The notes under the pieces were generated by a model, which saw only the letters and a list, made by a program, of their open reading frames with translations, was not told the origin of the DNA and searched no databases. A stretch of 64,000 nucleotides of DNA from a bacterium. Lineage in GTDB: Bacteria; UBA8248. The translations under genes were made by a program, and so were the position numbers. The DNA lies in contig OY843592.1 in the NCBI GenBank assembly GCA_963692865.2, positions 2,272,001 through 2,336,000 on the forward strand. Direction: 5' to 3'. This document shows, one piece after another, positions 38,355-48,830 of this stretch (positions within the stretch are counted from its first letter, which is position 1; each line of letters begins with the position of its first letter).

Positions 38355-38750
38355 TCAGTCGGGGCAGGTCCAGCCCTCGTCTTCGAGTTCATCCATCGCT
38401 TCGAGCATGCATGTGACACCATAAGTGAGCACCTTGGAACCCGCCGGATTGACGCAGACCATGAGGGCCTCTGCGATTTCCTCGGGGTGCAAACCCAGTT
38501 TGAGGCCTTTTTTTAGATGTTGCTTGAGATGTGGCTGGTTGTGCGGGTTCGAACCCTCAACGGCGAGGGCCAGGATATGAAAGAGTTCGTGCATCGCTTC
38601 ATTGAACCTTCTCTCTTTCGCACGAATGATTTCGTCGAGATGCAAGAGTGCTTCCATGTAGTCGGGGAATTTTTCGGCAATGAATTCATGGGCCGGGTAT
38701 CTGCGTCCTCTACGTTCTGCGATTTGTTCTGCTAAGGTTTTTTCTGGCAT
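38355..38750 (-). CDS. AhpD/CMD-like helical protein
   Basis: ELFHILALA ... HLKKGLKLG..PEEIAEAL...PAG pattern. Confidence 0.6.
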   Translation of the reverse strand: MPEKTLAEQIAERRGRRYPAHEFIAEKFPDYMEALLHLDEIIRAKERRFNEAMHELFHILALAVEGSNPHNQPHLKQHLKKGLKLGLHPEEIAEALMVCVNPAGSKVLTYGVTCMLEAMDELEDEGWTCPD

Positions 38751-38771
38751 GATGCACCTCTGTCTGGAAAG

Positions 38772-39137
38772 TCATTCCATCTCGTCAAAAAAATCCAGAT
38801 CATCCAATGGTTTTTTCTGGCCTTGCAGCGTGTCGAGCAGTACTTTCCTGAGTGCGCGGATGGCGCGATTTCTGGCCTGGCGGTCAATCATTTCGTAGAC
38901 GATTTCCGTGGCTTCGTCGTTTTGGGCGTCCAGTATTCTTCGAGAAGATTGCTCCGCCCATTCGTCAGCGTACCTCTGAAGAACTTGGCGCAAACTCGCC
39001 TCGTATATTCTGTCTTGCGTAATACGGTCGAGAATGTGGACGATGTCCGACGCGAAGGCATCGACCGTTTCTCTGGAAACGTCGACTTCACCAAGATGAA
39101 ACATCAGTCTTTGATAGACTTGTTCGCGAAAATCCAA
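38772..39137 (-). CDS. hypothetical protein
   Basis: 121-aa helical, charged ORF co-oriented with neighbours, ggag RBS. Confidence 0.6.
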   Translation of the reverse strand: MDFREQVYQRLMFHLGEVDVSRETVDAFASDIVHILDRITQDRIYEASLRQVLQRYADEWAEQSSRRILDAQNDEATEIVYEMIDRQARNRAIRALRKVLLDTLQGQKKPLDDLDFFDEME

Positions 39138-39211
39138 GTCAACTCCGGAAAATTGCCCAATGAGACGAGACGATCAACTTATCGCGCTTTTCGCAATCGA
39201 GAGCGAACGCA

Positions 39212-40507
39212 TCATCTCCTCTGGCTTCGAAGAGCCGATTTCTTGGCTTCCGGCGTTAGCCACAACAAAACACCACCTGCCACAAAAAAGACGAGTACGG
39301 ATAATATCGCCGTCCTCTGCTCTCCGGTGAGTGCGGAAACGCCCCCGAAAACAAGAGGGCCCAGAACGGAACTCATTTTGCCGCAAATGCCATAAAACGA
39401 AAATGATTGCGCGGATTTTTTTTCAGGGATGTAGCTTGCCATCAGGGCGCGGCTTGCCGATTGACTGGACCCCAGGGAAAGTCCCGCCAGCAGCGAGACG
39501 CCCAGGAAGACATATTTCGTGTCGGTGAAATAGGCCACGATGACGACTACGCACCAATTCACCAAAGTCAACAGAATCGTCTTCTTCGGTCCCCAGGCGT
39601 CCACCAAATACCCGAGCACAAACGCACCGACTCCGGCCGAAACTTGAACCATGATAAACAGGCCTAACACTTCGCCCATGGTGAATTTAAGCGTAGATAC
39701 CGCATAGATCGAACTGAAAGATATAACGGTGACAATTCCGTCGTTATAGAGGAAAAAAGCGATCAGAAACTTGAGTGCACCCGGTGTTTTTCTCGTGTCT
39801 TTCAGGGTATTCCATAGTTCGGCGAAAGCGCCATTCTCGTATAATTTTGTGGATATTGGTTTGGTTTCTCGGAGCCAGAAAATGATCGGAAGCGTGAATA
39901 AACCGTAAAACACGGCAACCGCAACGAAACTCATGCGGAACAAGGGAAGATTTTCCGGCGAAAATCCTCTCGCCAACAAAGGTTTGACCAAAAAAAGACA
40001 AAGCAATCCGCCCAGGTACCCAAGTCCCCAGCCCCATCCGCTGACCTTCCCGATGGTTTTTGGTGTAGAGACGTCGGGCAAGAAAGAGTTGTAAAAAATG
40101 AGAGAACTTTCGAATGCGGCGGTGGCGATGATGAAAAGCGCCATGCCGACGAAAATCATATCGGCTTTTACATTCGCGAGAAGAGCGGTGGCCAATACGC
40201 AAATATAGGCGAAGAGGATTAAAAAGCGTTTCCGGGCACTTCGCCTGTCGGCGACCGCGCTCAAAGGCGGAGTGATGGTCACGCTTAAAATCATGGCTAT
40301 GGAGATTGATACCCCCCATAAGAAATCTCCACTCCCACCGCCGCCGGCTACGATTGTTTTGAAATAGACGCTATACGCAACCGTAACGATGAGTGTCGGA
40401 AAGGCGGAGTTTGCAAAATCGTACATACACCAGGAAAAGACTTCCCGACCTCGATTCGACTTCAGATTGTGAGGGTTTATATTTGGGCTTTCGTGACTTT
40501 TCTTCAT
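39212..40507 (-). CDS. MFS transporter (Atg22/UMF1 family)
   Basis: SWCMYDFANSAF, FYNSFLP, SGWGWGLGYLGG, YNDG, QSASRA. Confidence 0.9.
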   Translation of the reverse strand: MKKSHESPNINPHNLKSNRGREVFSWCMYDFANSAFPTLIVTVAYSVYFKTIVAGGGGSGDFLWGVSISIAMILSVTITPPLSAVADRRSARKRFLILFAYICVLATALLANVKADMIFVGMALFIIATAAFESSLIFYNSFLPDVSTPKTIGKVSGWGWGLGYLGGLLCLFLVKPLLARGFSPENLPLFRMSFVAVAVFYGLFTLPIIFWLRETKPISTKLYENGAFAELWNTLKDTRKTPGALKFLIAFFLYNDGIVTVISFSSIYAVSTLKFTMGEVLGLFIMVQVSAGVGAFVLGYLVDAWGPKKTILLTLVNWCVVVIVAYFTDTKYVFLGVSLLAGLSLGSSQSASRALMASYIPEKKSAQSFSFYGICGKMSSVLGPLVFGGVSALTGEQRTAILSVLVFFVAGGVLLWLTPEAKKSALRSQRR

Positions 40508-40663
40508 ATAGGCACTTTATGGGAATAGAGAAGAATTGTAATACAAACATCAGAAGAAATAAAAAACCAATATTTTCTAATATATAATATCAGGTAGTGG
40601 CATGAAATCTGAAATGTTTTATGCTTCGAGAGCCGCCTTCTTGTTTTCCGCGATGGGTTCTCT

Positions 40664-43600
40664 ATGTATCGATTCCTGAAATGGACCGTTTGGATTGCCG
40701 GCATATGTTTCGTCTTGATCATCGTTGCGATCATCGCCGTGCAAATTTTTCTTTCATCCGACGAGATTATCAGAATCGCGGAGAGAGAAGGGCGAAAAAT
40801 CCTGGGCCGAAAAGTATCCATCGAGCGGCTGGAATTGGGACTATTCAAGATCGAGGCGAATGGAGTCGTCATCGACGGGCAAACAGGAAAAGGGGAGAAA
40901 GAGCGGCGCAATGCACCCTTCGTTCGGTTCGACGATGTTGAAATACTGCTGAACCCATCGACCCTGATTTACAAGCATATCAGCATTCTCCAACTTACTA
41001 TAAAAGGCGCGTCCGCCCATGTGTACCGAGATGCAGACGGCAGGTTCAATTTCCAGGACATCATCGACAACCTGAATCGAGGAACAAGCGATACGGCATC
41101 GGCGCGTGCGAAAAACACGAGAATGCCTTGGTCATTCATAAGAACCGCCGAAGCCGCCGAGAGCAGTGAGCAAAGTGCCGAATCAGGATTTGGTCTTACG
41201 ATTTACGAACTCGACCTCCATAACGTAAAGACCGAACTGCGATTTGATGCCAGTAATGCCGCACAGGCCTTTGAAGGTTTTTGTTCTTTTGCTCACGTCG
41301 AAATCGACAAAATAAAGCCGGGTGAACCAGTGGATGTTTTTCTCGACGGGAAATGTCGGGATCTGGGTGGGCGACAACTTGCCCATTTAAAAGGTGATGC
41401 GCATATCAATACAAATGCGCGGAATTATCGCGCATCGTTCGAAATACCGCTGTTTGATTCATCCCTCTTGGCTCCGTTGGCGCCGATAATGGGAGCTTAT
41501 CGTTTAGAGAAAGGAATTTTCGCTGGAAACTTGGAATTTAGCTATACGGTTGGCAGACCGTTTACTTGGAGCCTTGGTTTGCAGGGGCAAACCGTTCACG
41601 TGGATTTTCGAATGAATCCACAAGCAGAATGGCAGAGGCTGACATTGCCTAGGCTGAAACTGAATACGAAAGGCCAATTCGATTTTCTCGATAGTTCCAC
41701 TCATATAGAAACTTTCTTTTTCGATACGCCTTTTCTCGGTGCGAAATTAACACAACCTTCATTCTGGAATGTCTCAGCGAAAGATGAAATTCACGTGGAA
41801 GCGAATATCCGCGATATGAGTGAGGTGGGTAGCTGGGTTTCTCGCATCACGGACATCCCTCTTCCAGGGCTAAAGGAGCGTGCGACGGCCCGAATTCTCG
41901 TGTCGGTGAAACGAGTTCGCAAAATGCCGAATGACTCTGTGCGTGTAGAGATGAAATCTCGCTTCGACCCCGTAGACTTGGCTCAATTCAATGAATTTAT
42001 TCCCTCTTTTGATGGTATTTCGGGAATCAAAGGAATGGTGGGCGGAAAAGCGCTTGTAGTTTTTGTTTCTGGAGAACAACGAGTGCAGTGGGACGTGGCT
42101 TTGAAAACTCAGGATGCTGGCGCGATTGTGAAAATGAATAAGAGAAAACGATGGGAAGTCTTGCGACTAGGGGAGGCTATTCTTCATTCGAGGGGAAACT
42201 TCGATATGAAGAACGAATCCGCACATATCAGCGCTTTGAAAATCAAGTTGCCGTTCGCTACGGCGAAACTCGAAAAGCCCGCAAAATGGAATCTATATGA
42301 TAATGATGAGGCCGCGTTGTTCATTGATGTGAATGATTTTCCATCTATAGCCGATTTGTTGAGTCAACTCGGGTTGGTATCGTTTGTAGACCTTCCAGAA
42401 GACGCGAAAATCCGTTTTAACGCTACCGTGTCGCGAAACCGGAAAACCTCCTCGACCTTTACGATAGATACGAAAGCGCATTTCGACTCCTTGCCGATTG
42501 CGCCACTTGTGGATTTGGTCCCCTTGCCCGGCTATATGCAAAGAGTCACTGGCCGGGTGAGCGGTGAATTACAGGTGTCTTATGCCCCTGGCGGCGTTTT
42601 CAGGTGGCAGGCGGATATTACGGGAAAGAGAGTGAATATGAGGGGTAAAGTTATTGCAAATGAAAAATGGCGTGATATCTCCCTGGAGGCGGTGGGGCTT
42701 CAATCGAGCGGTTTCTATCTCGCCTCAAAAGGTTCCGCTGAAATCCGGACGTTGGATGTGAGGCTTCCGTTTGCGAGGCTGTTTTTGAATCGCAAGGCCT
42801 TGTGGAACAAAAGAGGCAAGGATGAGTTTTCGTTGACGCTCGATATCATGGATTGGAGTGCCGCCGAAATCTGGCTGGGTAAATTGATGGAGCATTCCAT
42901 TAAGCGGGGTCTAAAGAAGGGAAACCTGAAAATTTCGCTCCTGGGGACGAGAAACAGAAAAGATGGACTTGGTTTTTCTTATAAGGGTTCCGCTGCCTTT
43001 GATCCTGTCCGCCTATCCCCTTGGATGAAATTCATGAGGCTTCCTCCTGGTTTTCGCAATCCAGCCGGAGAGATTGCCGGAAAAATAGAGTTTTCATTCG
43101 TTCCCGGCAAAAAGATAAACTGGAATCTTGGCCTCGTCAGCGAAGATTTGGGCGGAGAATTCCTTGCGCTGATGAGCCACAAATGGAGGCCGTTGCGTAC
43201 GGGGAAGTTTCGCATTGAGGCCGTGGGTTCTTATGACTTCCAAAATCAATCTGGAAGGTTGCGAAATCTGAAGCTAGACATGCCATTTGGGCATATTCAA
43301 ACCCCGAGGCCTGCCGATTGGAATGTGAACGGAATGGATTCGCTCCGGTTTCAATGGACGGTATCGAATCTTGAAAATGCGGCTCGATTGGCTGGAGGTA
43401 TTTTGGGAGAACCGGCAGCAAAGTTTTTGGTGGCTGGAGACGCCAATGGTTTGATTGAAATTTCGAGAAACCGAAAAAAAACGCAGTCGATTTCGAGCAA
43501 ATGGTCATTTTCGGCGAATCTGTCGTCGTTCGCTCATGTTGCTTACCCGAATTTGAATTTAGCGGGAAGTTTTTTGGGACAGGCATATGATGACGTCATA

Positions 43601-44827
43601 ACAATTCGGATGCCGACACTGAAGACAATAAATACCAACAAGCCGAATTCGGAGCCCGACATTATTTTTAGAGATTTGCTCGCATCCTTGGAGCGCTCGT
43701 CAATCATGCGGGGAGAGATACGGTCACGAAGCGTTCGGCTCAGAAAACTGAACATTCGATATGTGCATCATGAAGAGGGGAAAACCAATTTTGACTATTT
43801 GTTTGAGATAGCGGAAGCCGGGAAGAAACGGACTTGGCAAATGGAAAATGGAGAAAAGGGAAAAACGGCGCCGGACAAGAACCTCCCGGCTCCTCCCCTA
43901 TATTCAAATACAAAGCCGGGTTCGAGGAAACGTCAAAAAATCGAGAAAAACAAGAATGGATATTTTCTCCCCACGATTAAAATCACGAAATTCGAAGTTG
44001 CAAGAATGGGACTTCATTTTCAAGATTTTATCGCTGCAGATAAACCGCCGGTAGTTTTCAAACTCCCTGACGCAAGGCTTTCAATCACGAACCTGGATAC
44101 GATGATGGCTCCTGGCCTGCGGGAAACGCGCCTGGTGTTCAGGACGATCGGAGAATCGCCCTCGTTGCTGGCGAAGGCAAACTTGAACCTTGGCTCAGCG
44201 CCTCCGGAGGCAGATGGAATACTAAATCTTTCGCGTTTCGATCTGCGTAAAATTTCACCATATGTACGTGATAGCAAGGGCGAAAGCGCGAGCGCCTTGT
44301 TGATGCGAGGGACCGAGATCACAAGGGGCATGCTGGATTTTAGTTCCACATTTTCGTTGAGAAAGAACCATTTGAATTTGGAGGGGAAGGCGAAGATCAT
44401 CGGATTGCGCATGAAACCAGACGAGAAGTTTCCCTTAGTCGACATCGTAGTGAAATTGCTCCGAGAGTCGGTGTTCCGTCTTTTCGAGAGACCGGACGAT
44501 ACCATTGCGCTGAACGTTCGGGTAACCGGGCGTTTGGATGACCCCGAGTTTCATTTTCTGGACGCTATCGTGGAGCCAATGTTCCTTGGCTTGTTTGAGA
44601 AGGCGCAAAATTTGGGAGGAAATGTGAAGGATATCGTAACAGGTATTTTGGGTGCCGCCGTCGAGGGGGTGCAGAAAATAGTGCCGGTGCCGAAAAGTAG
44701 TGGAAAACAGCTTGACGAAGATACCGGGAGAAAACCGCGCAGAGAGGAAAACCAGCTCGAGAAATTGGGAAAGGAACTCGAAAAAACCTTGCAAAAAGGA
44801 CTCCGTGGCTTATTCGGTGTCAAGTAA
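40664..44827 (+). CDS. AsmA/DUF748-like membrane-anchored beta-groove protein with four internal repeats
   Basis: N-terminal TM anchor, RDADGRFNFQD, C-terminal VTGRLDDPEF; 1387 aa. Confidence 0.75.
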   Translation: MYRFLKWTVWIAGICFVLIIVAIIAVQIFLSSDEIIRIAEREGRKILGRKVSIERLELGLFKIEANGVVIDGQTGKGEKERRNAPFVRFDDVEILLNPSTLIYKHISILQLTIKGASAHVYRDADGRFNFQDIIDNLNRGTSDTASARAKNTRMPWSFIRTAEAAESSEQSAESGFGLTIYELDLHNVKTELRFDASNAAQAFEGFCSFAHVEIDKIKPGEPVDVFLDGKCRDLGGRQLAHLKGDAHINTNARNYRASFEIPLFDSSLLAPLAPIMGAYRLEKGIFAGNLEFSYTVGRPFTWSLGLQGQTVHVDFRMNPQAEWQRLTLPRLKLNTKGQFDFLDSSTHIETFFFDTPFLGAKLTQPSFWNVSAKDEIHVEANIRDMSEVGSWVSRITDIPLPGLKERATARILVSVKRVRKMPNDSVRVEMKSRFDPVDLAQFNEFIPSFDGISGIKGMVGGKALVVFVSGEQRVQWDVALKTQDAGAIVKMNKRKRWEVLRLGEAILHSRGNFDMKNESAHISALKIKLPFATAKLEKPAKWNLYDNDEAALFIDVNDFPSIADLLSQLGLVSFVDLPEDAKIRFNATVSRNRKTSSTFTIDTKAHFDSLPIAPLVDLVPLPGYMQRVTGRVSGELQVSYAPGGVFRWQADITGKRVNMRGKVIANEKWRDISLEAVGLQSSGFYLASKGSAEIRTLDVRLPFARLFLNRKALWNKRGKDEFSLTLDIMDWSAAEIWLGKLMEHSIKRGLKKGNLKISLLGTRNRKDGLGFSYKGSAAFDPVRLSPWMKFMRLPPGFRNPAGEIAGKIEFSFVPGKKINWNLGLVSEDLGGEFLALMSHKWRPLRTGKFRIEAVGSYDFQNQSGRLRNLKLDMPFGHIQTPRPADWNVNGMDSLRFQWTVSNLENAARLAGGILGEPAAKFLVAGDANGLIEISRNRKKTQSISSKWSFSANLSSFAHVAYPNLNLAGSFLGQAYDDVITIRMPTLKTINTNKPNSEPDIIFRDLLASLERSSIMRGEIRSRSVRLRKLNIRYVHHEEGKTNFDYLFEIAEAGKKRTWQMENGEKGKTAPDKNLPAPPLYSNTKPGSRKRQKIEKNKNGYFLPTIKITKFEVARMGLHFQDFIAADKPPVVFKLPDARLSITNLDTMMAPGLRETRLVFRTIGESPSLLAKANLNLGSAPPEADGILNLSRFDLRKISPYVRDSKGESASALLMRGTEITRGMLDFSSTFSLRKNHLNLEGKAKIIGLRMKPDEKFPLVDIVVKLLRESVFRLFERPDDTIALNVRVTGRLDDPEFHFLDAIVEPMFLGLFEKAQNLGGNVKDIVTGILGAAVEGVQKIVPVPKSSGKQLDEDTGRKPRREENQLEKLGKELEKTLQKGLRGLFGVK

Positions 44828-45215
44828 TCTAATGAGGAGATTCCTTAGTGGGGGCGCCCGGCTGTTATTTGGCGAGGCCGCGCTGGATCATTTTTCGTAG
44901 GAGTTCTTGCCCGGTGACAGCACGTTGTGGTAGACGAAAAACACTATGTCCCCCACGCCACATTGAAGGTCTGATTACAGACTATATTCCATGGGTATGC
45001 CGCATTTTGTCGAAAATCATGAAAATCGCATGAACGGATTTCCTCTGAAAAATTTGATAGATAAAAAAATCGGCTAATGATTTCTGCGCCTAAACTCATT
45101 AACTTCAAACTTTTCTTGCATTTCCCAATTTAATTTGATATTGTTTCGAGGTTTTCCTCTGCCCGAGGACACATATCCCATTCTGTTCGTTGGGTGGGAA
45201 CATAGGATTCAGAGC

Positions 45216-48200
45216 ATGCCTACTCGTCGCTCGGGTATCCAAGCTGGACCATTACCAGTTTCCCAAAAAACCAACGAAATCGTAGGCGTATCCTTGGTTG
45301 GATTCGCGGTTTTTCTTGCGATCTCGCTTTGGACATTCAATCCCGGCGACCCGACTTGGGGCGCAGACGTCAATCAAAATTGGCAGATTCGAAACTACGG
45401 AGGAGCTGTTGGCGCATATGCCGCAGGCGCTATGGTCAAGACGGTGGGCGCATTCTCGGTTTTGCTGCCCATCGGATTCCTTGTTTGGGGTGTTACCGCG
45501 TTTGCAGGCTTGCGCTCTTGGCGGCCGGGTTGGCGCGAACTGGTTGGTTTGTTCTTCCTCTTGAGTGCCTCGGGGTTATTTTCCAAGACTTTTGAAACCG
45601 ATCCTCTTTTCGGGGCGACGACATTAGCCGGTGGAATTGTTGGTTATGGAGTCGTTAAGTTGTTAGGCACTTCTTTGGGTAGTGCGGGTAGTTGGGTTCT
45701 GCTTGGTTCCGTGATGCTGGCCTCGTTTGTCGGCATAACTGGTTTTTCATTCAAAAAGATGATTTCAGGACTGGCGATTGCGCATTGGTGTTTTTTTTCG
45801 CGTATTTTTACGGTTGTGGGAAAGGCCGCGCTCGCAGTGGCTAAGGGTGCTGTATTCACGACTAAAAAATTGTTTTCGAAGTCTATAGGCTTTCCTTCGT
45901 CTTTGACCGCAAAGGAATCATATGCCGAGTATACTGAACCGATAGCCGGCGCTGAGGACGAAGAAGCGGGATATTTCGAGCCGGATATCTCGAATAGCAA
46001 GCAGCGGCGGCCAAACATTACGAAGGAAGATATTGGCGAATTGATTGTAGAACCGAATAGGCCCTACTCGTCAAATCAAAAAAATGGCAGGCGCGTTTCT
46101 CGACCATCGGCGCAAAATGGTCCTTCGCTGTTTGGAGGAGAGAAATTCCCAAAGCCGGAGTTGCTGGCGCTGCGCGGCCCGGCGGCCAACGAAGAGGAAT
46201 TGGAGTTCTCTGAAAATCCAAAGAGTCTTTTCGATGAGGCAATGCCCGCTTCGGTGTTGGAAACGCTTTGCCGGAATGATGATGACGATCTGGGCCGGGC
46301 CGGTGATGAAGCGCGTAGTCGTTTGCCTCCGAGCGTGGCGGAAGAGCAGACGCCGAAGGCGAGTGAGGAAATCGATGACGAAGTAAAACAGGTGAATGCT
46401 AAAAGAAAATCGGTAACCGGCGGTGTACGAATTAAGCGGAAGAAAAATTTAGATGACAATGGCGTTGTATCGTCCGCACCGCTGGAAGAGGTTTCCGTTC
46501 TTGGGGAATCGCCTGACGCGCTTCGAGATTCGCCTTCGACTCATGTTGAAGATACCACCATAGGCGGAGAATCGAAAGCGGAAATAAAAGTTCGACACGC
46601 GGGAATTGGCGACGAGTCGGGTGTTGTCCAGATTCAAGACCATTTTCTGGTTCGCTCCAATTCACAGACTGAAAATCGGCAAAGGAATCAACGAATCAAT
46701 GTTCCGAAGAAAGAATACATTCTTCCATCGGTAGATATTTTTGCGGAGCCGCCCTCTGGCGGACTGATAGTTGACGAAGCGGGCATACGCGAAAAATCTT
46801 TGCTTCTTGAACAAACGCTGAAAGAATTCGGCGTCGTCGGAAAAGTCAGGGAAGTAAAAACGGGTCCAGTCATTACGATTTTCGAGTATGACCCTGCCCC
46901 GGGAATCAAAGTTTCCAAAATTACCGGCCTCGCGGATGATCTCGCCCGGGCCTTGTCCGCATTAAGTGTCCGCATCGTCGCTCCGATACCCGGCAAATCG
47001 GTTGTAGGCATCGAAGTTCCCAACATCAAGCGTGACGCCGTATTTGCGAAAGAAGTGCTCTCCTCGCGGGAATTCAGGCAGGCCGAAGATAAACTCACCA
47101 TGGGTTTGGGCAAGGATATTCTGGGAAGAACGGCGTTTACCGACTTGGCCAAAATTCCGCATCTTTTGATTGCGGGCACGACCGGTGCAGGGAAAAGCGT
47201 TGCCCTGAATATGATGATTTGCAGTCTCTTGGCCAAGTGTACGCCCAGAGAAGTTCGTTTTTTGATGGTCGACCCCAAGATGCTGGAGTTATCAATATAT
47301 GAAGGCATCCCGCATCAACTCGTGCCCGTCGTGACTGACCCCAAGAAAGCCTCGGCAGGCCTAAGGGGCGTCCTGGCAGAGATGGAGCGGCGTTATAAGA
47401 TAATGAGTGAGGCGGGAGTAAGGAACATCCAGAGTTACAATGCCTCCGTGGCGCGGCAATTGGGCGAGCGAGAGGCCAACAAAAGATGGAAAGAGCCTCT
47501 GTCCGAAGAGGAGTCCGCCCTTGATTTCCTTCCTTATATCGTTGTGGTGATAGACGAATTAGCGGATCTCATGATGATCGCCCCGCGTGAAGTGGAAGAA
47601 TCAATGACGCGCTTGGCCCAGATGGCTCGCGCTTCCGGTATCCATTTGCTGGTGGCTACCCAACGCCCTTCCGTTGATGTGCTTACGGGTCTAATCAAAG
47701 CGAATTTTCCATCCAGAATGGCGCTCCGCGTCGCTACGCGGACGGACTCGCGAACCATCCTGGATTCGAATGGGGCGGAGCGCCTGTTGGGCAAAGGGGA
47801 TATGCTGTTCGTGCCGCCCGGATCCAGCACTCCCGTTCGCATTCATGGGGCGTATGTTTCAGACAGTGAAATTTCTCAACTCGTTGCGCACTGGAAATCC
47901 CAAGGAGAAGCGATATTCAGGGACGATTGGTTCGTGGAAGAGGAGAGCACTTCTTCGAATGAGTCAAATAGCGATGAAGAATACGATGAGAGATATGACG
48001 ATGCGATTGCGCTCGTCTCCAGAACGCGCGAGGCATCCATTTCTCTCATTCAGAGACATTTGAGAATTGGGTATAACAGGGCGGCGCGCATGATCGAGCG
48101 TATGGAGCAGGATGGAATTATCGGCCCGGCGGATGGCGTGAAGAGAAGACAGGTCTTGGTAAGTGAAATTCCAGGCGAAGAGCCGGTAGAGACATCTTGA
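45216..48200 (+). CDS. ftsK: DNA translocase FtsK
   Basis: 4TM N-terminus, long acidic linker, PHLLIAGTTGAGKSV, DPKMLELS, ATQRPSVDV, IGYNRAAR gamma domain. Confidence 0.96.
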   Translation: MPTRRSGIQAGPLPVSQKTNEIVGVSLVGFAVFLAISLWTFNPGDPTWGADVNQNWQIRNYGGAVGAYAAGAMVKTVGAFSVLLPIGFLVWGVTAFAGLRSWRPGWRELVGLFFLLSASGLFSKTFETDPLFGATTLAGGIVGYGVVKLLGTSLGSAGSWVLLGSVMLASFVGITGFSFKKMISGLAIAHWCFFSRIFTVVGKAALAVAKGAVFTTKKLFSKSIGFPSSLTAKESYAEYTEPIAGAEDEEAGYFEPDISNSKQRRPNITKEDIGELIVEPNRPYSSNQKNGRRVSRPSAQNGPSLFGGEKFPKPELLALRGPAANEEELEFSENPKSLFDEAMPASVLETLCRNDDDDLGRAGDEARSRLPPSVAEEQTPKASEEIDDEVKQVNAKRKSVTGGVRIKRKKNLDDNGVVSSAPLEEVSVLGESPDALRDSPSTHVEDTTIGGESKAEIKVRHAGIGDESGVVQIQDHFLVRSNSQTENRQRNQRINVPKKEYILPSVDIFAEPPSGGLIVDEAGIREKSLLLEQTLKEFGVVGKVREVKTGPVITIFEYDPAPGIKVSKITGLADDLARALSALSVRIVAPIPGKSVVGIEVPNIKRDAVFAKEVLSSREFRQAEDKLTMGLGKDILGRTAFTDLAKIPHLLIAGTTGAGKSVALNMMICSLLAKCTPREVRFLMVDPKMLELSIYEGIPHQLVPVVTDPKKASAGLRGVLAEMERRYKIMSEAGVRNIQSYNASVARQLGEREANKRWKEPLSEEESALDFLPYIVVVIDELADLMMIAPREVEESMTRLAQMARASGIHLLVATQRPSVDVLTGLIKANFPSRMALRVATRTDSRTILDSNGAERLLGKGDMLFVPPGSSTPVRIHGAYVSDSEISQLVAHWKSQGEAIFRDDWFVEEESTSSNESNSDEEYDERYDDAIALVSRTREASISLIQRHLRIGYNRAARMIERMEQDGIIGPADGVKRRQVLVSEIPGEEPVETS

Positions 48201-48459
48201 AATTCTGATGGGCCTCTGTTTGCGCGTTGTCGTTTTCTTTATTGCATCTGTTTGCGGTTAGCCGCCGATGGAAACTCGATATGTGGTTGTGGAGGTGTAG
48301 TTGACGCCGGTTAGCCAATAAGGAATGATGCTCCAAGCTTCATTGGTCGAAATGTCATATCCGTCCGTGGTTTAATGCTTTCGACGTGGTTTTTCGATTC
48401 TTGTCGGATGTTTACCGATTTTTCTGGCCTGATAGATTTCGGAGCCCGGAGGAGAGGAA

Positions 48460-48786
48460 ATGGCGGGAGGTATTTTTGAGTTTACGGACCAGAATTTCGA
48501 GGCGGATGTGATCGGCTCGGATACGCCCACACTGGTCGATTTCTGGGCGGAGTGGTGCGCTCCATGCAAAATGATCGCGCCTACAGTCGAGGCGCTTGCC
48601 CAGGAATATGAAGGAAAAGTGCGTATCGGAAAGTTGAATATCGATGAGAATCCATCGGTTCCCTCGAGATTCGGAATCCGCGGCATTCCGACGTTGATGT
48701 TGTTCAAAGGGGGGGAGGTTGTAGAACAGGTCGTAGGAGTGAAATCCAAAGCCGATTTGAAGGCCGCCATCGATCGCGCCCTTTAG
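48460..48786 (+). CDS. trxA: thioredoxin
   Basis: DFWAEWCAPCK, IRGIPTL. Confidence 0.95.
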   Translation: MAGGIFEFTDQNFEADVIGSDTPTLVDFWAEWCAPCKMIAPTVEALAQEYEGKVRIGKLNIDENPSVPSRFGIRGIPTLMLFKGGEVVEQVVGVKSKADLKAAIDRAL

Positions 48787-48830
48787 ATATCTAGTCTGCA
48801 ATTCGCTCACAGTTCAGGAAAACTTTCTTC

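Noticed and set aside
45900-46700. Poorly conserved acidic stretch within ftsK
   Set aside because: This is the normal variable FtsK linker.
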